Shown: positions 34,374 to 44,109 of the stretch, piece after piece
Layout: each line of letters starts with the position of its first letter
How positions within the stretch are numbered: position 1 is the first letter of the stretch
Origin: an uncultured delta proteobacterium
Lineage (GTDB): Bacteria > Desulfobacterota > Desulfuromonadia > Desulfuromonadales > BM103
Reading direction: 5' to 3'
Assembly (NCBI GenBank): GCA_963715335.1
Contig: CAVQRZ010000025.1
Coordinates: 32,001-96,000 of the forward strand
Length of the DNA: 64,000 nt
The notes under the pieces: model-generated
What the model was told of the DNA's origin: nothing
What the model saw: only the letters and a program-made list of their open reading frames with translations
Database searches by the model: none
Made by a program: the position numbers and the translations under genes

Positions 34374-35282
34374 ATGGATATCCTGGTAGTCGGGTCTGTT
34401 GCTTTCGATAGTATAGAGACACCCTTCGGTAGGGGGGATGATGTCCTGGGCGGGTCCGCGACCTATTTCTCAACCTCTGCCAGTTTTTTTACCGGCGTCC
34501 AGCTGGTTGCCGTGGTCGGGGAGGATTTCCCTGATGAACCGCGACAGTTCCTCATGTCGCGCGGCGTCGACTTGGCTGGCCTCCAGACCCGGCCAGGGAA
34601 GACCTTCCGCTGGAAGGGCCGTTACAGCTACGATCTCAATGAAGCACATACCCTGGAAACACATCTGAACGTTTTTGAGACGTTCCATCCGCAACTCCCG
34701 GAACCCTATCGCCGGGCGGAATTCGTTTTCCTGGCCAACATAGACCCCGAGCTTCAGCTGGAGGTTCTGCAGCAGGTCGAAAAGCCGAAACTGATCGCCT
34801 GCGATACCATGAATTTCTGGATAGAGGGTAAGCGTGATGCTTTGGTGCACACCCTGGGGCACGTCGACATCCTGGTCATTAACGAATCCGAAGTCCGCCA
34901 GCTCGCAGAAGAAGCCAATCTCGTTAAGGCTGCACGGCAAGTCCTGGCCATGGGCCCGAAGACCCTGGTTGTGAAGCGCGGTGAATATGGCGTCCTGGTA
35001 TTTAATCAGCACTCGATCTTTTCCGCCCCGGCATATCCTCTGGAGGAGGTCTTCGATCCCACAGGCGCAGGAGATACTTTTGCAGGCGGTTTCATGGGGT
35101 ACCTGGCGGCAACCAACAACTTGAGTGATGAAACGATCCGCAAAGCGACGGTTTTCGGGAGCGTCATGGCGTCATTTACCGTGGAGGATTTCAGTCTCAA
35201 CCGGTTACGAAAGTTGGATTGGACAGAGGTTGAAGGCCGCTTCAGGCACTTTCAGGCACTGACTGTTTTTGAAGGTTTGTGA
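34374..35282 (+). CDS. PfkB/ribokinase-family kinase
   Basis: GGSATY, VKRGEYG, DPTGAGDTFAGG. Confidence 0.93.
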   Translation: MDILVVGSVAFDSIETPFGRGDDVLGGSATYFSTSASFFTGVQLVAVVGEDFPDEPRQFLMSRGVDLAGLQTRPGKTFRWKGRYSYDLNEAHTLETHLNVFETFHPQLPEPYRRAEFVFLANIDPELQLEVLQQVEKPKLIACDTMNFWIEGKRDALVHTLGHVDILVINESEVRQLAEEANLVKAARQVLAMGPKTLVVKRGEYGVLVFNQHSIFSAPAYPLEEVFDPTGAGDTFAGGFMGYLAATNNLSDETIRKATVFGSVMASFTVEDFSLNRLRKLDWTEVEGRFRHFQALTVFEGL

Positions 35283-35305
35283 GCAGGCAACAGAGGGGAG
35301 ACGTT

Positions 35306-36055
35306 ATGTTCCTGCGGGATGAGTCAATTCAAGGAATCGGCGTGTCGGCCGACAAGGTCGTCCACCTTTTCCGCTCCATGCGCGAAGTCCAGCTTGCCTT
35401 GCCGGGGGTCTCGGCGCAGCAGGCAAGTGCTTATCTCTGCCAGTATAAACAACCGGAGGGTATTGCGACCGTTGCGGTGTTCCACCTGCACAAGAGCAGT
35501 GTGCTGGCTTTTTATTTCGGCGACCCGCGAATTATCCCTGAACAGAAAATGGACAGCATGCTTGATCACGGGTTGAATTTTGTCGAATCAATGGGCTTTC
35601 TCCTGACAGATCAGGATATCCATCTCCTGGACGGGGCTGACCGTCAGATGTTATGGGAGTCCCTGCCTTTGAAAGTGGGGTTGGGTGCCGAAGAAGCCCC
35701 TGCGGAACCGGCTCCGACAAAACAGTCCGAGGCGAAAACTGCAGAGAAACCTGCTGCCGGTCTTGCAGTTCCCGGCCCAACGACGACTAAGAAAAAACCG
35801 CCTGTTGAAACGTCCACCAGCAGCAAACCTGCTGCAACCCAATCGCCCGCCGTCAAGGCTGTTCGGCAGACCGAGCCGATGAGTCTTGAGGACGAGGCCA
35901 CTGAAAATGTTGATGACCTGCTTGCAGCTGTCGAGGCGATGCGAGCCAAGCGCCCCGGGTTGAGGGCACGCAAGACTGCGCCATCGGTGGAAGAAATGAA
36001 CCGGAGAAAAGAACAGTTACGTGCAAATGTGGGACGGATTCTTGCCTCGCTCTAA
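35306..36055 (+). CDS. Conserved hypothetical protein upstream of tgl/pilF, with Pro/Ala/Lys-rich linker
   Basis: SD AGAGGGG; globular N-terminus (..A.AYLC..F.ESMGF..), low-complexity middle, C-terminal GRILASL; resembles, from memory, the protein upstream of myxobacterial tgl. Confidence 0.7.
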   Translation: MFLRDESIQGIGVSADKVVHLFRSMREVQLALPGVSAQQASAYLCQYKQPEGIATVAVFHLHKSSVLAFYFGDPRIIPEQKMDSMLDHGLNFVESMGFLLTDQDIHLLDGADRQMLWESLPLKVGLGAEEAPAEPAPTKQSEAKTAEKPAAGLAVPGPTTTKKKPPVETSTSSKPAATQSPAVKAVRQTEPMSLEDEATENVDDLLAAVEAMRAKRPGLRARKTAPSVEEMNRRKEQLRANVGRILASL

Positions 36056-36080
36056 GTCACTACTCGAAAGGTTGTATCTA

Positions 36081-36842
36081 ATGCATTATCGATGGGTTTT
36101 CTCGGGCATGGTCGTGCTGCTTATGCTGATGGTTGCCTGTGTGCCGGTTAAAGAGAAAAGGTCCGCTGCTAAAGATGCCAGATATCATTACCTGCTCGGC
36201 TCTACCTCGCTGAATGAACAAAATCCGACAGAGGCGCTCAAGGAATTTCTCCTGGCAGAAAAATATGACGACGAAGACCCGGAAATCCAGGATGGTCTTG
36301 CCCAGGCTTATTGGCAGAAAAGAGCTTTTGACCTGGCAGAGAAGCATTTTTTAAAGGCAATAGAACTTAGCGACAACGATCCGAAATACTACAGCAACCT
36401 TGGGGCTCTCTACCTCTCCATGGATCGCTATGACGATGCAATCAATGCTTTCAGGACGGCTGCTGACAGTCTGCTTTTTGATCGACCTGAGTTAGCATGG
36501 ACCGGGATCGGCCTGGCGTATTTCCATAAACAGGATTATCCGGCATCTCAGCGCGCATATGAAAAAGCGATGGATCTGAGCCCGCGCTACTACATGCCGC
36601 CGTTTCGTCTTGGAGAGCTTTATTATAACCAGGACCGTCCGGTCGAAGCTTTGGACATGTTCACCCGCAGTGTTGAACTGGCACCCAATTTCTCCACCGG
36701 TTTTTACTGGCAGGGGTTGGTCTATATGAAAATGAAAGACACTGCCGAGGCGAAAAAATCGTTTATGGAAGTCATACGTCTGGCACCAGGCAGCGAATTA
36801 GCCCGGTTGTCAGGGAATTATCTCAAAATTATTGGCAAATAA
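36081..36842 (+). CDS. TPR lipoprotein, Tgl/PilF(PilW)-like type IV pilus pilotin
   Basis: Lipobox MVAC, about six TPR repeats, position between rlmN and rodZ as in the conserved ndk-rlmN-pilF-rodZ cluster. Confidence 0.8.
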   Translation: MHYRWVFSGMVVLLMLMVACVPVKEKRSAAKDARYHYLLGSTSLNEQNPTEALKEFLLAEKYDDEDPEIQDGLAQAYWQKRAFDLAEKHFLKAIELSDNDPKYYSNLGALYLSMDRYDDAINAFRTAADSLLFDRPELAWTGIGLAYFHKQDYPASQRAYEKAMDLSPRYYMPPFRLGELYYNQDRPVEALDMFTRSVELAPNFSTGFYWQGLVYMKMKDTAEAKKSFMEVIRLAPGSELARLSGNYLKIIGK

Positions 36843-37723
36843 TGGAAAATACAGATAGAGACATTGGTCGTCTCCTGAAAGAGCGACGTGAGGAGCTGGG
36901 CTACACGCTTCAGGACGCTGAAGAAGAGACGCGGATACGCAAGACCTATCTGGAAAGTCTCGAGAATAATCGTTTCTCGGCGCTCCCCGGGCAGGCTTAC
37001 GTAACCGGTTTTATCCGTGTCTATGCGCGTTATCTTGGCCTCAAAAGCAACTCCCTCCTGGTGCTGTTGAGCGATCTCCAGAGCGCCGAAACCAGTGCTC
37101 CGGAAACTGAGACGATCGTACCGCGGACCGTTCTGCCCACTGAATCTGCTTCGGGTGGCGATTGGCGGAAATTCCTTTTGGCTTTTATTTTGGTTCTTCT
37201 ACTCGGCGGCATCCTCTATTTTCTGCCTGCGATGTTTCCGGGCGACGAGCAGACCGACAAGAGCGTACCCAAGGCCGCTTTACCAGAGAGAGAGCCGGTT
37301 GCACCCGGGAAGGCACAAGCTGAAATCGAGAGATCGCTGGCTGAACCTGAAAAAACGAAAACACAAGCGACTGTGCAGGACAACCCGGATGAGGCTGAAA
37401 ATGTCGTGCCTGCCCAGGCATCCGCGCAGACAGGCATTAATGCAAAGCCGCAGAATCTGGACAGCAGGGTCTTGCCAGTTATCCCCGATAGCGGCGCGTC
37501 ATTAAGGATGCTTGCTTTGGCCGATAGCTCACTTATAATAAAAGTCGATGCGCGTAAGCCACAACAATTCGATCTGCACGACGGTCTTGACCTGACCTGG
37601 AAGATCAATGAGAGAGTGTCTGTGGAATTTGCCGCCAGTGATGTGGCACGCTTCTGGCTGGACGGCAGGGAAGTCGATATTGCAGGTTCCAAAATGTTCG
37701 AATTGCAGCCTGCCGCTGAATGA
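36842..37723 (+). CDS. rodZ: RodZ-like HTH membrane protein
   Basis: G.LLK.RRE.LG.TL..E.TRIR..YL..LE..F..LPG..Y..GFIR.YA.YLG, one TM, periplasmic tail. Confidence 0.8.
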   Translation: MENTDRDIGRLLKERREELGYTLQDAEEETRIRKTYLESLENNRFSALPGQAYVTGFIRVYARYLGLKSNSLLVLLSDLQSAETSAPETETIVPRTVLPTESASGGDWRKFLLAFILVLLLGGILYFLPAMFPGDEQTDKSVPKAALPEREPVAPGKAQAEIERSLAEPEKTKTQATVQDNPDEAENVVPAQASAQTGINAKPQNLDSRVLPVIPDSGASLRMLALADSSLIIKVDARKPQQFDLHDGLDLTWKINERVSVEFAASDVARFWLDGREVDIAGSKMFELQPAAE

Positions 37724-38259
37724 GCTCAGTTATGGTGATCACCTGTTCTGAATGTAAGGGACGATATAAGATTGACCCCTCCGGCAGTAAGTTGAAGGTG
37801 GGCAAGGTCAAATGCCCCGGTTGCTCGCACGTGTTTGAAATTGCACTGACCGGTGCCGATGGACAACAGGTAGAAAACGCAGCACCGGGTCAGCCGTTGG
37901 TTCTGATTGTCGACGACGCGCGCTTTTTCCGACAGATGATCAGGGATCTTCTTAGCGATTTGCCGGTGGAATTCATCTCGGCAGCCGATGGCGAGGAAGC
38001 CTGGGAGAAGATTACAGCCCGGTTGCCGCAACTGGTTTTGCTTGATCTGAGTATCCCCGGCAAAACCGGTAAGCAGATACTTCAGTCCTTGCAGAAGGAG
38101 CCCCGCTTCAGCCAGGTAAAAGTCCTTGCCATGAGTGGCGTGGAACGGGGCGAAGAAGTCGCCGCTGAAGTTCGCCGGTTCGGAGCCGTAGATTTCATCA
38201 ATAAATCCTTCAAGCCCAGTGAACTTGAAAAACGTGTCAGAAACATCCTGGGAATTTGA
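37720..38259 (+). CDS. Response regulator with N-terminal MJ0042-type zinc ribbon
   Basis: CSEC..Y.I...VKCPGC then REC (LIVDD, LLDLSIP, FINKSF). Confidence 0.88.
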   Translation: MSSVMVITCSECKGRYKIDPSGSKLKVGKVKCPGCSHVFEIALTGADGQQVENAAPGQPLVLIVDDARFFRQMIRDLLSDLPVEFISAADGEEAWEKITARLPQLVLLDLSIPGKTGKQILQSLQKEPRFSQVKVLAMSGVERGEEVAAEVRRFGAVDFINKSFKPSELEKRVRNILGI

Positions 38260-39088
38260 GCCTGGTGGTTCTGCAAGCCGGCTGCTCGATGAGGTGCGCC
38301 GTCAGACTGGTGTGGCCGCTTTCGACCTTGCTGTGGTTCTCGGCTCCGGTTGGAAGGGGGCCGCAGGGCTTGGTGAAACCCTCGGTGTTTTCAACTACGA
38401 GGATTGGCCGTGTTTCCCCGTTGGTCAAATAGAAGGCCATAATGGTCAACTAATAGCAGTTCGCTGCTCATCCTGGAACATCCTGTTTTTTTCCGGTCGT
38501 TTCCATTGTTATCAAAATATCAGTGCCTTTCACGCCGCTTTCCCGGTGCGCCTTGCCCGTGCGCTGGGTTGCTTGAGAATACTCCTGACCTGTGCAACGG
38601 GCGCTATCAACAAAAAATTCAAGCCAGGGGATTTTATGTTGGTTGAAGACCATATCAACCTGCTTGGCGATAACCCGTTGCGTGGCCTTGCCGGCAACAC
38701 TTTTATTGACCTTGCCGGTCTGTATAACCAAAGCTTATACGACCGATTGTCCTGCGGCCACTCTTCAGGCCTGCGTCTTCACCGTGGCGTTCTCGCTGCC
38801 ATGCCGGGGCCATCATATGAAACTCCTGCCGAGATCCGTTTTCTGCGAACGGTTGGAGTTGATGTTGTCTCCATGTCAACGGTATCGGAAGCAATCATGG
38901 CCCGGTTTCTTGGGCTGCAGGTTGCTGCTGTTGCCTTTATCGCCAATTATGCTGCCGGGACCACAGCGGACGAACTCAGCCACAAAGAGGTCCTTGATTG
39001 TAGTTGTCAGCACGCGGACCTGTTTCCCCTCCTGATCACACTGTTTATCCACACCTGGCAAGACATGGGCCAGAGTAATTCTGCTTGA
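38219..39088 (+). CDS. Purine nucleoside phosphorylase, trimeric family, divergent; start uncertain
   Basis: VLGSG, GH.G, GRFH.Y, DHINL.G.NPL.G, GPSYETPAE, MSTV.E, N.AAG, LSH.EV. Confidence 0.88.
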   Translation: MNLKNVSETSWEFEPGGSASRLLDEVRRQTGVAAFDLAVVLGSGWKGAAGLGETLGVFNYEDWPCFPVGQIEGHNGQLIAVRCSSWNILFFSGRFHCYQNISAFHAAFPVRLARALGCLRILLTCATGAINKKFKPGDFMLVEDHINLLGDNPLRGLAGNTFIDLAGLYNQSLYDRLSCGHSSGLRLHRGVLAAMPGPSYETPAEIRFLRTVGVDVVSMSTVSEAIMARFLGLQVAAVAFIANYAAGTTADELSHKEVLDCSCQHADLFPLLITLFIHTWQDMGQSNSA

Positions 39089-39161
39089 TATCATATTCGT
39101 TAACGTTCTGTAACCCATTGTTTTTTCGTTGTATTTCTAAAAAAAATAACTTGACGCCGGC

Positions 39162-39189
39162 TTGACAGAGTGTCCCCTCATGTTAGACT
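39162..39189 (+). promoter_or_regulatory. Sigma70 extended -10 promoter
   Basis: TTGACA-N16-TAGACT with TG at 39181-39182. Confidence 0.55.
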
Positions 39190-39218
39190 TTCCGAAACAT
39201 TCAAATGCAGAGGTTGTT

Positions 39219-39611
39219 TTGGCCGAGTCGATAAAACGCATTCTTGTTGTCGATGATGAGGAAAATACCCGGATCGGGTTAACCAAGCTGTTGTCACAAG
39301 AAGGTTACGAGGTTGAAAGTGCTGCAAATGGCAATGATGCCCTCGATCTGTTGGGGCAGCACAAGGTCAATCTGGTTATCAGCGATATCAATATGCCGGA
39401 TATGAACGGCCTGGTTTTTTTGCGTGAACTGAGCCGTAAATTCCCGAGTACAAGTGTGATCATGATAACGGCCTATGGTGGTGTCGAGTCGTATCTTGAG
39501 GCGATGAATCTGGGCGCCTACGAATATCTTCACAAACCTGTCCGCCTGGAGGAACTTCGCTCTGTTATGCAGAAAATTTTCAATGGTGGTTCAGTCGCAC
39601 GGGTTTCCTGA
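39219..39611 (+). CDS. Single-domain response regulator
   Basis: ILVVDDE, ISDINMP, MITAYG, YLHKP; TTG start after GAGG. Confidence 0.92.
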   Translation: MAESIKRILVVDDEENTRIGLTKLLSQEGYEVESAANGNDALDLLGQHKVNLVISDINMPDMNGLVFLRELSRKFPSTSVIMITAYGGVESYLEAMNLGAYEYLHKPVRLEELRSVMQKIFNGGSVARVS

Positions 39612-39630
39612 CACTTGAAAGGAGGTCGAC

Positions 39631-40074
39631 ATGATGTTCAAAACCATTCTGTTTGCCACTGATTTTTCGGAGGGTTCAGACTTTGCGTTTCAGGCGGCCC
39701 TGTCCATGGCTCGCAAATATGACGGCAAGCTGATCGTTGTCCACATCATCAATGAACCGGTTGACCTGCGCGGTTTTTACGTGCCGCATATTTCCTTTGA
39801 CAAACTCGAAGAAGAAATAGAGCAGGGGGCCGAAAAGTTGATGGAAAAATTCTGCCGCACGCATATGCAGAATTTCAGCAATTTCGAATCATATGTACTG
39901 CCCGGGATTCCCTATGACGAGATAATCAAGAAAGCTGAAGAGTTGAACACGGATTTGATCGTGATGGGAACTCACGGTAGAACGGGTCTCGACCATGTTC
40001 TTTTTGGTAGTACGGCCGAGAAGGTGGTTCGAAAGTCCTCAATACCGGTCATGACTATTCGTGTTAAGGAATGA
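39631..40074 (+). CDS. Universal stress protein
   Basis: ILFATDFS, DLIVMGTHGRTG....FGSTAEKVVR.S..PV. Confidence 0.96.
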   Translation: MMFKTILFATDFSEGSDFAFQAALSMARKYDGKLIVVHIINEPVDLRGFYVPHISFDKLEEEIEQGAEKLMEKFCRTHMQNFSNFESYVLPGIPYDEIIKKAEELNTDLIVMGTHGRTGLDHVLFGSTAEKVVRKSSIPVMTIRVKE

Positions 40075-40089
40075 CCTCGATGATCTTTC

Positions 40090-40114
40090 AAAGGCAGCGG
40101 AAACGCTGCCTTTC
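40090..40114. terminator. Hairpin after usp
   Basis: AAAGGCAGCG-GAAA-CGCTGCCTTT. Confidence 0.65.
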
Positions 40115-40203
40115 ATACGTCTGAGCCAGACCAATATCCTTGTCAAAAGACAGTCAGGGGGGTATCCTGCGTTATCAATATTCGGGAGTGCCCCTGCCTT
40201 TTT

Positions 40204-41367
40204 ATGAGCGAAAAGATTCTAATCGTAGACGATGAACAGATGATCCTTGAGCTCACCTCAATGGTTCTCAATAGCCGAGGTTTCGAAGTTCACACTGTTG
40301 ACAATGCAACGGACAGCTATGAAATCATCGAACGTGAGCGACCCTCCCTCGTTCTGCTTGATTACATGATGCCCAAGGTTAACGGTCTTGATGCCCTAAA
40401 AGAAATCCGTGCCCGATTCCCTGATACCTACGTGATCATGTTTACCGGCAAAGGCAGCGAGGAAGTCGCTGTCGAATTGATGAAAGCCGGTGCCTCAGAT
40501 TATATCCTCAAGCCTTTCAGCAATGCGAAACTGGTCGAGCGGATTGAAAGTGTGCTGCACGTCCGTTCTATAGAGATGCGTAACAGGGTGCTCGTCCAGG
40601 AGCAGAAGAAGTTGCTTGACGAGATAGAGTTGTGGAACCGGGAACTGGAGCAGCGCGTTGCACAGAAAACCACAGCGCTGGAGCTTGCTCATCACGAAAT
40701 CCTGCTGACGGAGAAGCTGGCTTCACTTGGACATCTTTCTGCAGGGATGGCCCATGAAATTCGCAACCCTCTGAATTCAATCAGCCTTTTTGCCCAGGTT
40801 CTATGTTCCGGGTTGAAGGATGAGCCGGAAATGCGATCGTATTCAGAGAAGATCATCAACGAAGTGGAGCGGATTGACGCGATCCTGGTCAAATTGCTCT
40901 CAACCAGCAAGCGTGCAAACTTTCAGCTGCGTTCAGTCCGTCTCGCCGATGTTATCGAAACAAGTTTACAGCCCTTCCTTGCGCAGATTCAGGCACAGAA
41001 TGTTGAACTGACAAAGCAGTTGCAGCAAAATACACCAGCTATCCTTGCCGATGCAGATGAGCTTGGCCAGGTGTTCTCTAATCTGTTTGCCAATGCCCTG
41101 TTTGAAATGAAGCAGGGAGGAATCCTGTCGGTCGCTCTCGAATGCGATGATTCCGAGGCAATGGTTACAATCAGCGACACCGGTGGTGGCATCCCGGAAG
41201 AACATATGAACAAGATATTTGACCCATTCTTCACGACCAAAGAACGGGGAACCGGATTCGGGCTTTCCGTTGTCTTACGTATCGTCAAAACCTATTCCGG
41301 ACGAATTCATGTTGAGAGTGAACCCGGGCAAGGCACGACATTCCAGGTCTGGTTGCCATTGGCATGA
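40204..41367 (+). CDS. Cytoplasmic REC-histidine kinase hybrid
   Basis: REC, coiled coil, AHEIRNPL H-box, N box, D.GGG, FDPFFTTK..GTGFGL. Confidence 0.95.
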   Translation: MSEKILIVDDEQMILELTSMVLNSRGFEVHTVDNATDSYEIIERERPSLVLLDYMMPKVNGLDALKEIRARFPDTYVIMFTGKGSEEVAVELMKAGASDYILKPFSNAKLVERIESVLHVRSIEMRNRVLVQEQKKLLDEIELWNRELEQRVAQKTTALELAHHEILLTEKLASLGHLSAGMAHEIRNPLNSISLFAQVLCSGLKDEPEMRSYSEKIINEVERIDAILVKLLSTSKRANFQLRSVRLADVIETSLQPFLAQIQAQNVELTKQLQQNTPAILADADELGQVFSNLFANALFEMKQGGILSVALECDDSEAMVTISDTGGGIPEEHMNKIFDPFFTTKERGTGFGLSVVLRIVKTYSGRIHVESEPGQGTTFQVWLPLA

Positions 41368-41395
41368 TCTGCCAACCTGATGATCGGATCCCGTA

Positions 41396-42979
41396 ATGCC
41401 CCTTCTGCTCCGTGACATACCCCTTGATATTTCTGCAGACGAGAGCTCTCTGCCAAGTGAAGTAGCGAGTATTCTAGGTGTTGAGGCTTTGCAGATAAGA
41501 GCTTTAAAGGTGGTGCGCCGCTCTATAGATGCCCGTAAAAAGAGCCGGATTCGCAGAATTTTCACTGTTGAATTTTCATGTGAAAATGAATCTGATTTAC
41601 TAAAGAATTCTTCGTGTGATCGTCTCGAAGGCCTCCCTGCACTCCCCGACACTCCCTCGCCAAGGATTACTGCTAGACAACACGTTCTGGTGGTCGGCAT
41701 GGGACCGGCCGGTCTGTTTGCCGCAAAAGGCCTCATCGAATCAGGGGCGCAGGTAACGCTGGTTGATCGGGGCAGACCGGTTGAGCAGCGCGTGAAAGAT
41801 GTGGAAAAATTCTGGAGCCTTGGCGTCTTTGACGCTGTCAGCAACGTCCAATTCGGTGAAGGCGGCGCCGGAACCTTTTCTGACGGCAAGTTGACGACGC
41901 GCCTGAATCATCCTCGCAGGCGGGCAGTTCTTGAAAGTCTGGTCGAATTCGGCGCACCGGGTGAAATCCTGGTTGAAGCACGGCCCCATGTTGGCACAGA
42001 TCGTTTGCGCAAGGTTGTCATCAATTTTCGTGAGTATCTGATCAGCAAGGGTGTCGATATCCGTTTTGAAACCTGCCTGACAGGTTTTGAGACGCACCAG
42101 GGCAGAATTGTCGGTGGTGTATTGAATGAAAACCAGCTGATTGCTTGTGATGCCCTGGTCCTCGCTCCCGGACACAGTGCACGCGATACCTACCAGATGC
42201 TGGATCGCAACGCTGTGCATCTTGAAGCCAAAGGTTTTGCGATCGGTGTTCGCGTCGAACATCCCTCACACTTGATAAACCATATCCAGTACGGCAAATT
42301 CGCCAATCAGCTTCCCGCAGCAGATTATGCCCTCCGTTATAATGATGATGAGACTGGGCGTGGTGTATATTCTTTCTGCATGTGCCCTGGGGGGGAAGTC
42401 ATTAATGCGGCCTCGGAACAGGACGGTCTGGTGGTGAACGGCATGAGTCGGATGTCACGAACCGGAGCATACTCGAACAGCGCTCTGGTGGTGTCTGTGC
42501 GACCGGAAGATTGGGGCGGGGCAACGCTTGGCGGCATGCGATTCCAGCAGCAATGGGAACGCAAGGCCTTCTTGCTGGCCGGGAAAAATTTTCTGGCACC
42601 GGCGCAGAATGTGATGAGCTTTTGCGGCCTCGGCAGCGGGTCGGTCGCCTCCAGCTGTCGTCCCGGTGTGATTGAAACAGAACTTCGTGAAGTTCTCCCG
42701 GATTTCGTGTACCATGGACTGAACCGGGCCCTGCCTCATTTCGATCGAAAAATGAGGGGGTTTATTACTGAAGAAGCTGTGCTGATCGGTGTGGAAACCA
42801 GGACATCCTCGCCCCTGCGCATAACTCGCAACGAGTCAGGTGCTTCGGTCAGCCACGCCGGCTTATTCCCAGCAGGTGAAGGGGCCGGTTATGCCGGTGG
42901 CATTATGAGTGCGGCTTTTGACGGTTTGCGCGCGGCGGACCAGGTTGTGCTGTCTGTATTGAAACAGGAGTTGTCTTGA
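41396..42979 (+). CDS. Uncharacterised FAD-dependent oxidoreductase (COG2509-like)
   Basis: VVGMGPAGLF, FGEGGAGTFSDGKL, GHSARD, FCMCPGG, ETRTSSP, GEGAGYAGGI. Confidence 0.9.
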   Translation: MPLLLRDIPLDISADESSLPSEVASILGVEALQIRALKVVRRSIDARKKSRIRRIFTVEFSCENESDLLKNSSCDRLEGLPALPDTPSPRITARQHVLVVGMGPAGLFAAKGLIESGAQVTLVDRGRPVEQRVKDVEKFWSLGVFDAVSNVQFGEGGAGTFSDGKLTTRLNHPRRRAVLESLVEFGAPGEILVEARPHVGTDRLRKVVINFREYLISKGVDIRFETCLTGFETHQGRIVGGVLNENQLIACDALVLAPGHSARDTYQMLDRNAVHLEAKGFAIGVRVEHPSHLINHIQYGKFANQLPAADYALRYNDDETGRGVYSFCMCPGGEVINAASEQDGLVVNGMSRMSRTGAYSNSALVVSVRPEDWGGATLGGMRFQQQWERKAFLLAGKNFLAPAQNVMSFCGLGSGSVASSCRPGVIETELREVLPDFVYHGLNRALPHFDRKMRGFITEEAVLIGVETRTSSPLRITRNESGASVSHAGLFPAGEGAGYAGGIMSAAFDGLRAADQVVLSVLKQELS

Positions 42980-44109
42980 AGAAAGTTTATGTAAAAAACA
43001 TAGTGGAGCGTGACCAGATAGAAGCACCGTTCCTGGTCAGGAACAAGACCCTCGGCATGGCCAAGAACGGCAAGCCGTATATGACTCTCAGGCTGATGGA
43101 CTGCACAGGTGAAGTCGAGGGGCGCATCTGGGACAGGGTCGATGAATTCTCCGCCAGGTTTAACCGGGATGATTTTGTCCGGGTGTCAGGAAAAGCCAGC
43201 CTCTACCTGGGGAAAATGCAGCTGGTTATTCAGGAGCTGAATCGTCTCGATGAATCAGAGATTGACCTCGCCGACTTCCTGCCTGTATCAGCTCGTCAGG
43301 TTGACGAAATGGTCGGTGAATTAAAATCCGTGATCGATGCACTGGCAGACCCGGACCTGAAAAAAATGATGGAGAAATTCCTGGCCGATCCTGGTTTCAT
43401 GGCAGGCTATACGAGGGCTCCGGCTGCGAAAGCCATGCATCATGCCTACCTTGGCGGCTTGCTTGAGCACTCTTTGGCCGTTGCCAGCCTTGCCGCTGAC
43501 ATCTGCCAGCGCTATCCGGACCTGAACCGCGATCTCCTGGTTGTAAGTGCCCTGTTGCATGACATTGGCAAGATCGCCGAGTTACGTTACCAGCGTTCTT
43601 TCGAATATACAGATGCAGGCAAACTGCTTGGCCATATTGTTATTGGCGTTGAAATGGTGGAAGAAAAATTGCGTCACCTGGAAAGCTTCCCGCTCACGTT
43701 GGCCGTTCACCTCAAACATCTCCTGTTGTCACACCATGGACAATATGAATACGGCTCTCCGAAACGGCCGAAAACCATGGAAGCCGTTATCCTGAGCTTT
43801 CTGGATGACCTGGATTCCAAGATTAACGGCATCCGCACTCATATTGATCGTGAACCAGACAGTGATTCGACCTGGACGCAATATCACAAACATTATGACC
43901 GATATTTCTTCAAGGGTGCCCTGGAGGCAGTGCCATCGGGTAAAATTGATCTCGGGCAAGCTGAAGTGAATGCCGAAGCCTCTGCCGTGGAGTTCAAAAA
44001 GACACCCGGGCAGCCGCGTTCACGGTTCAGCAATAACCTCGGTGAGCAATTAAAGAACAAGGACTTTAACCTCCTCGCAGGAGACAGCCAGGACAAGAAT
44101 AATGAGTGA
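42976..44109 (+). CDS. yhaM: YhaM-like 3'-5' exoribonuclease (OB fold plus HD domain)
   Basis: KNGKPY OB fold, PAA..HHAY.GGL.EH, LLHDIGK, LSHHG..EYGSP..P. Confidence 0.88.
   Translation: MKKVYVKNIVERDQIEAPFLVRNKTLGMAKNGKPYMTLRLMDCTGEVEGRIWDRVDEFSARFNRDDFVRVSGKASLYLGKMQLVIQELNRLDESEIDLADFLPVSARQVDEMVGELKSVIDALADPDLKKMMEKFLADPGFMAGYTRAPAAKAMHHAYLGGLLEHSLAVASLAADICQRYPDLNRDLLVVSALLHDIGKIAELRYQRSFEYTDAGKLLGHIVIGVEMVEEKLRHLESFPLTLAVHLKHLLLSHHGQYEYGSPKRPKTMEAVILSFLDDLDSKINGIRTHIDREPDSDSTWTQYHKHYDRYFFKGALEAVPSGKIDLGQAEVNAEASAVEFKKTPGQPRSRFSNNLGEQLKNKDFNLLAGDSQDKNNE

Noticed and set aside
39045..39053. Perfect DnaA box TTATCCACA
   Set aside because: A single copy inside a CDS, with no cluster, unwinding element or dnaA nearby.
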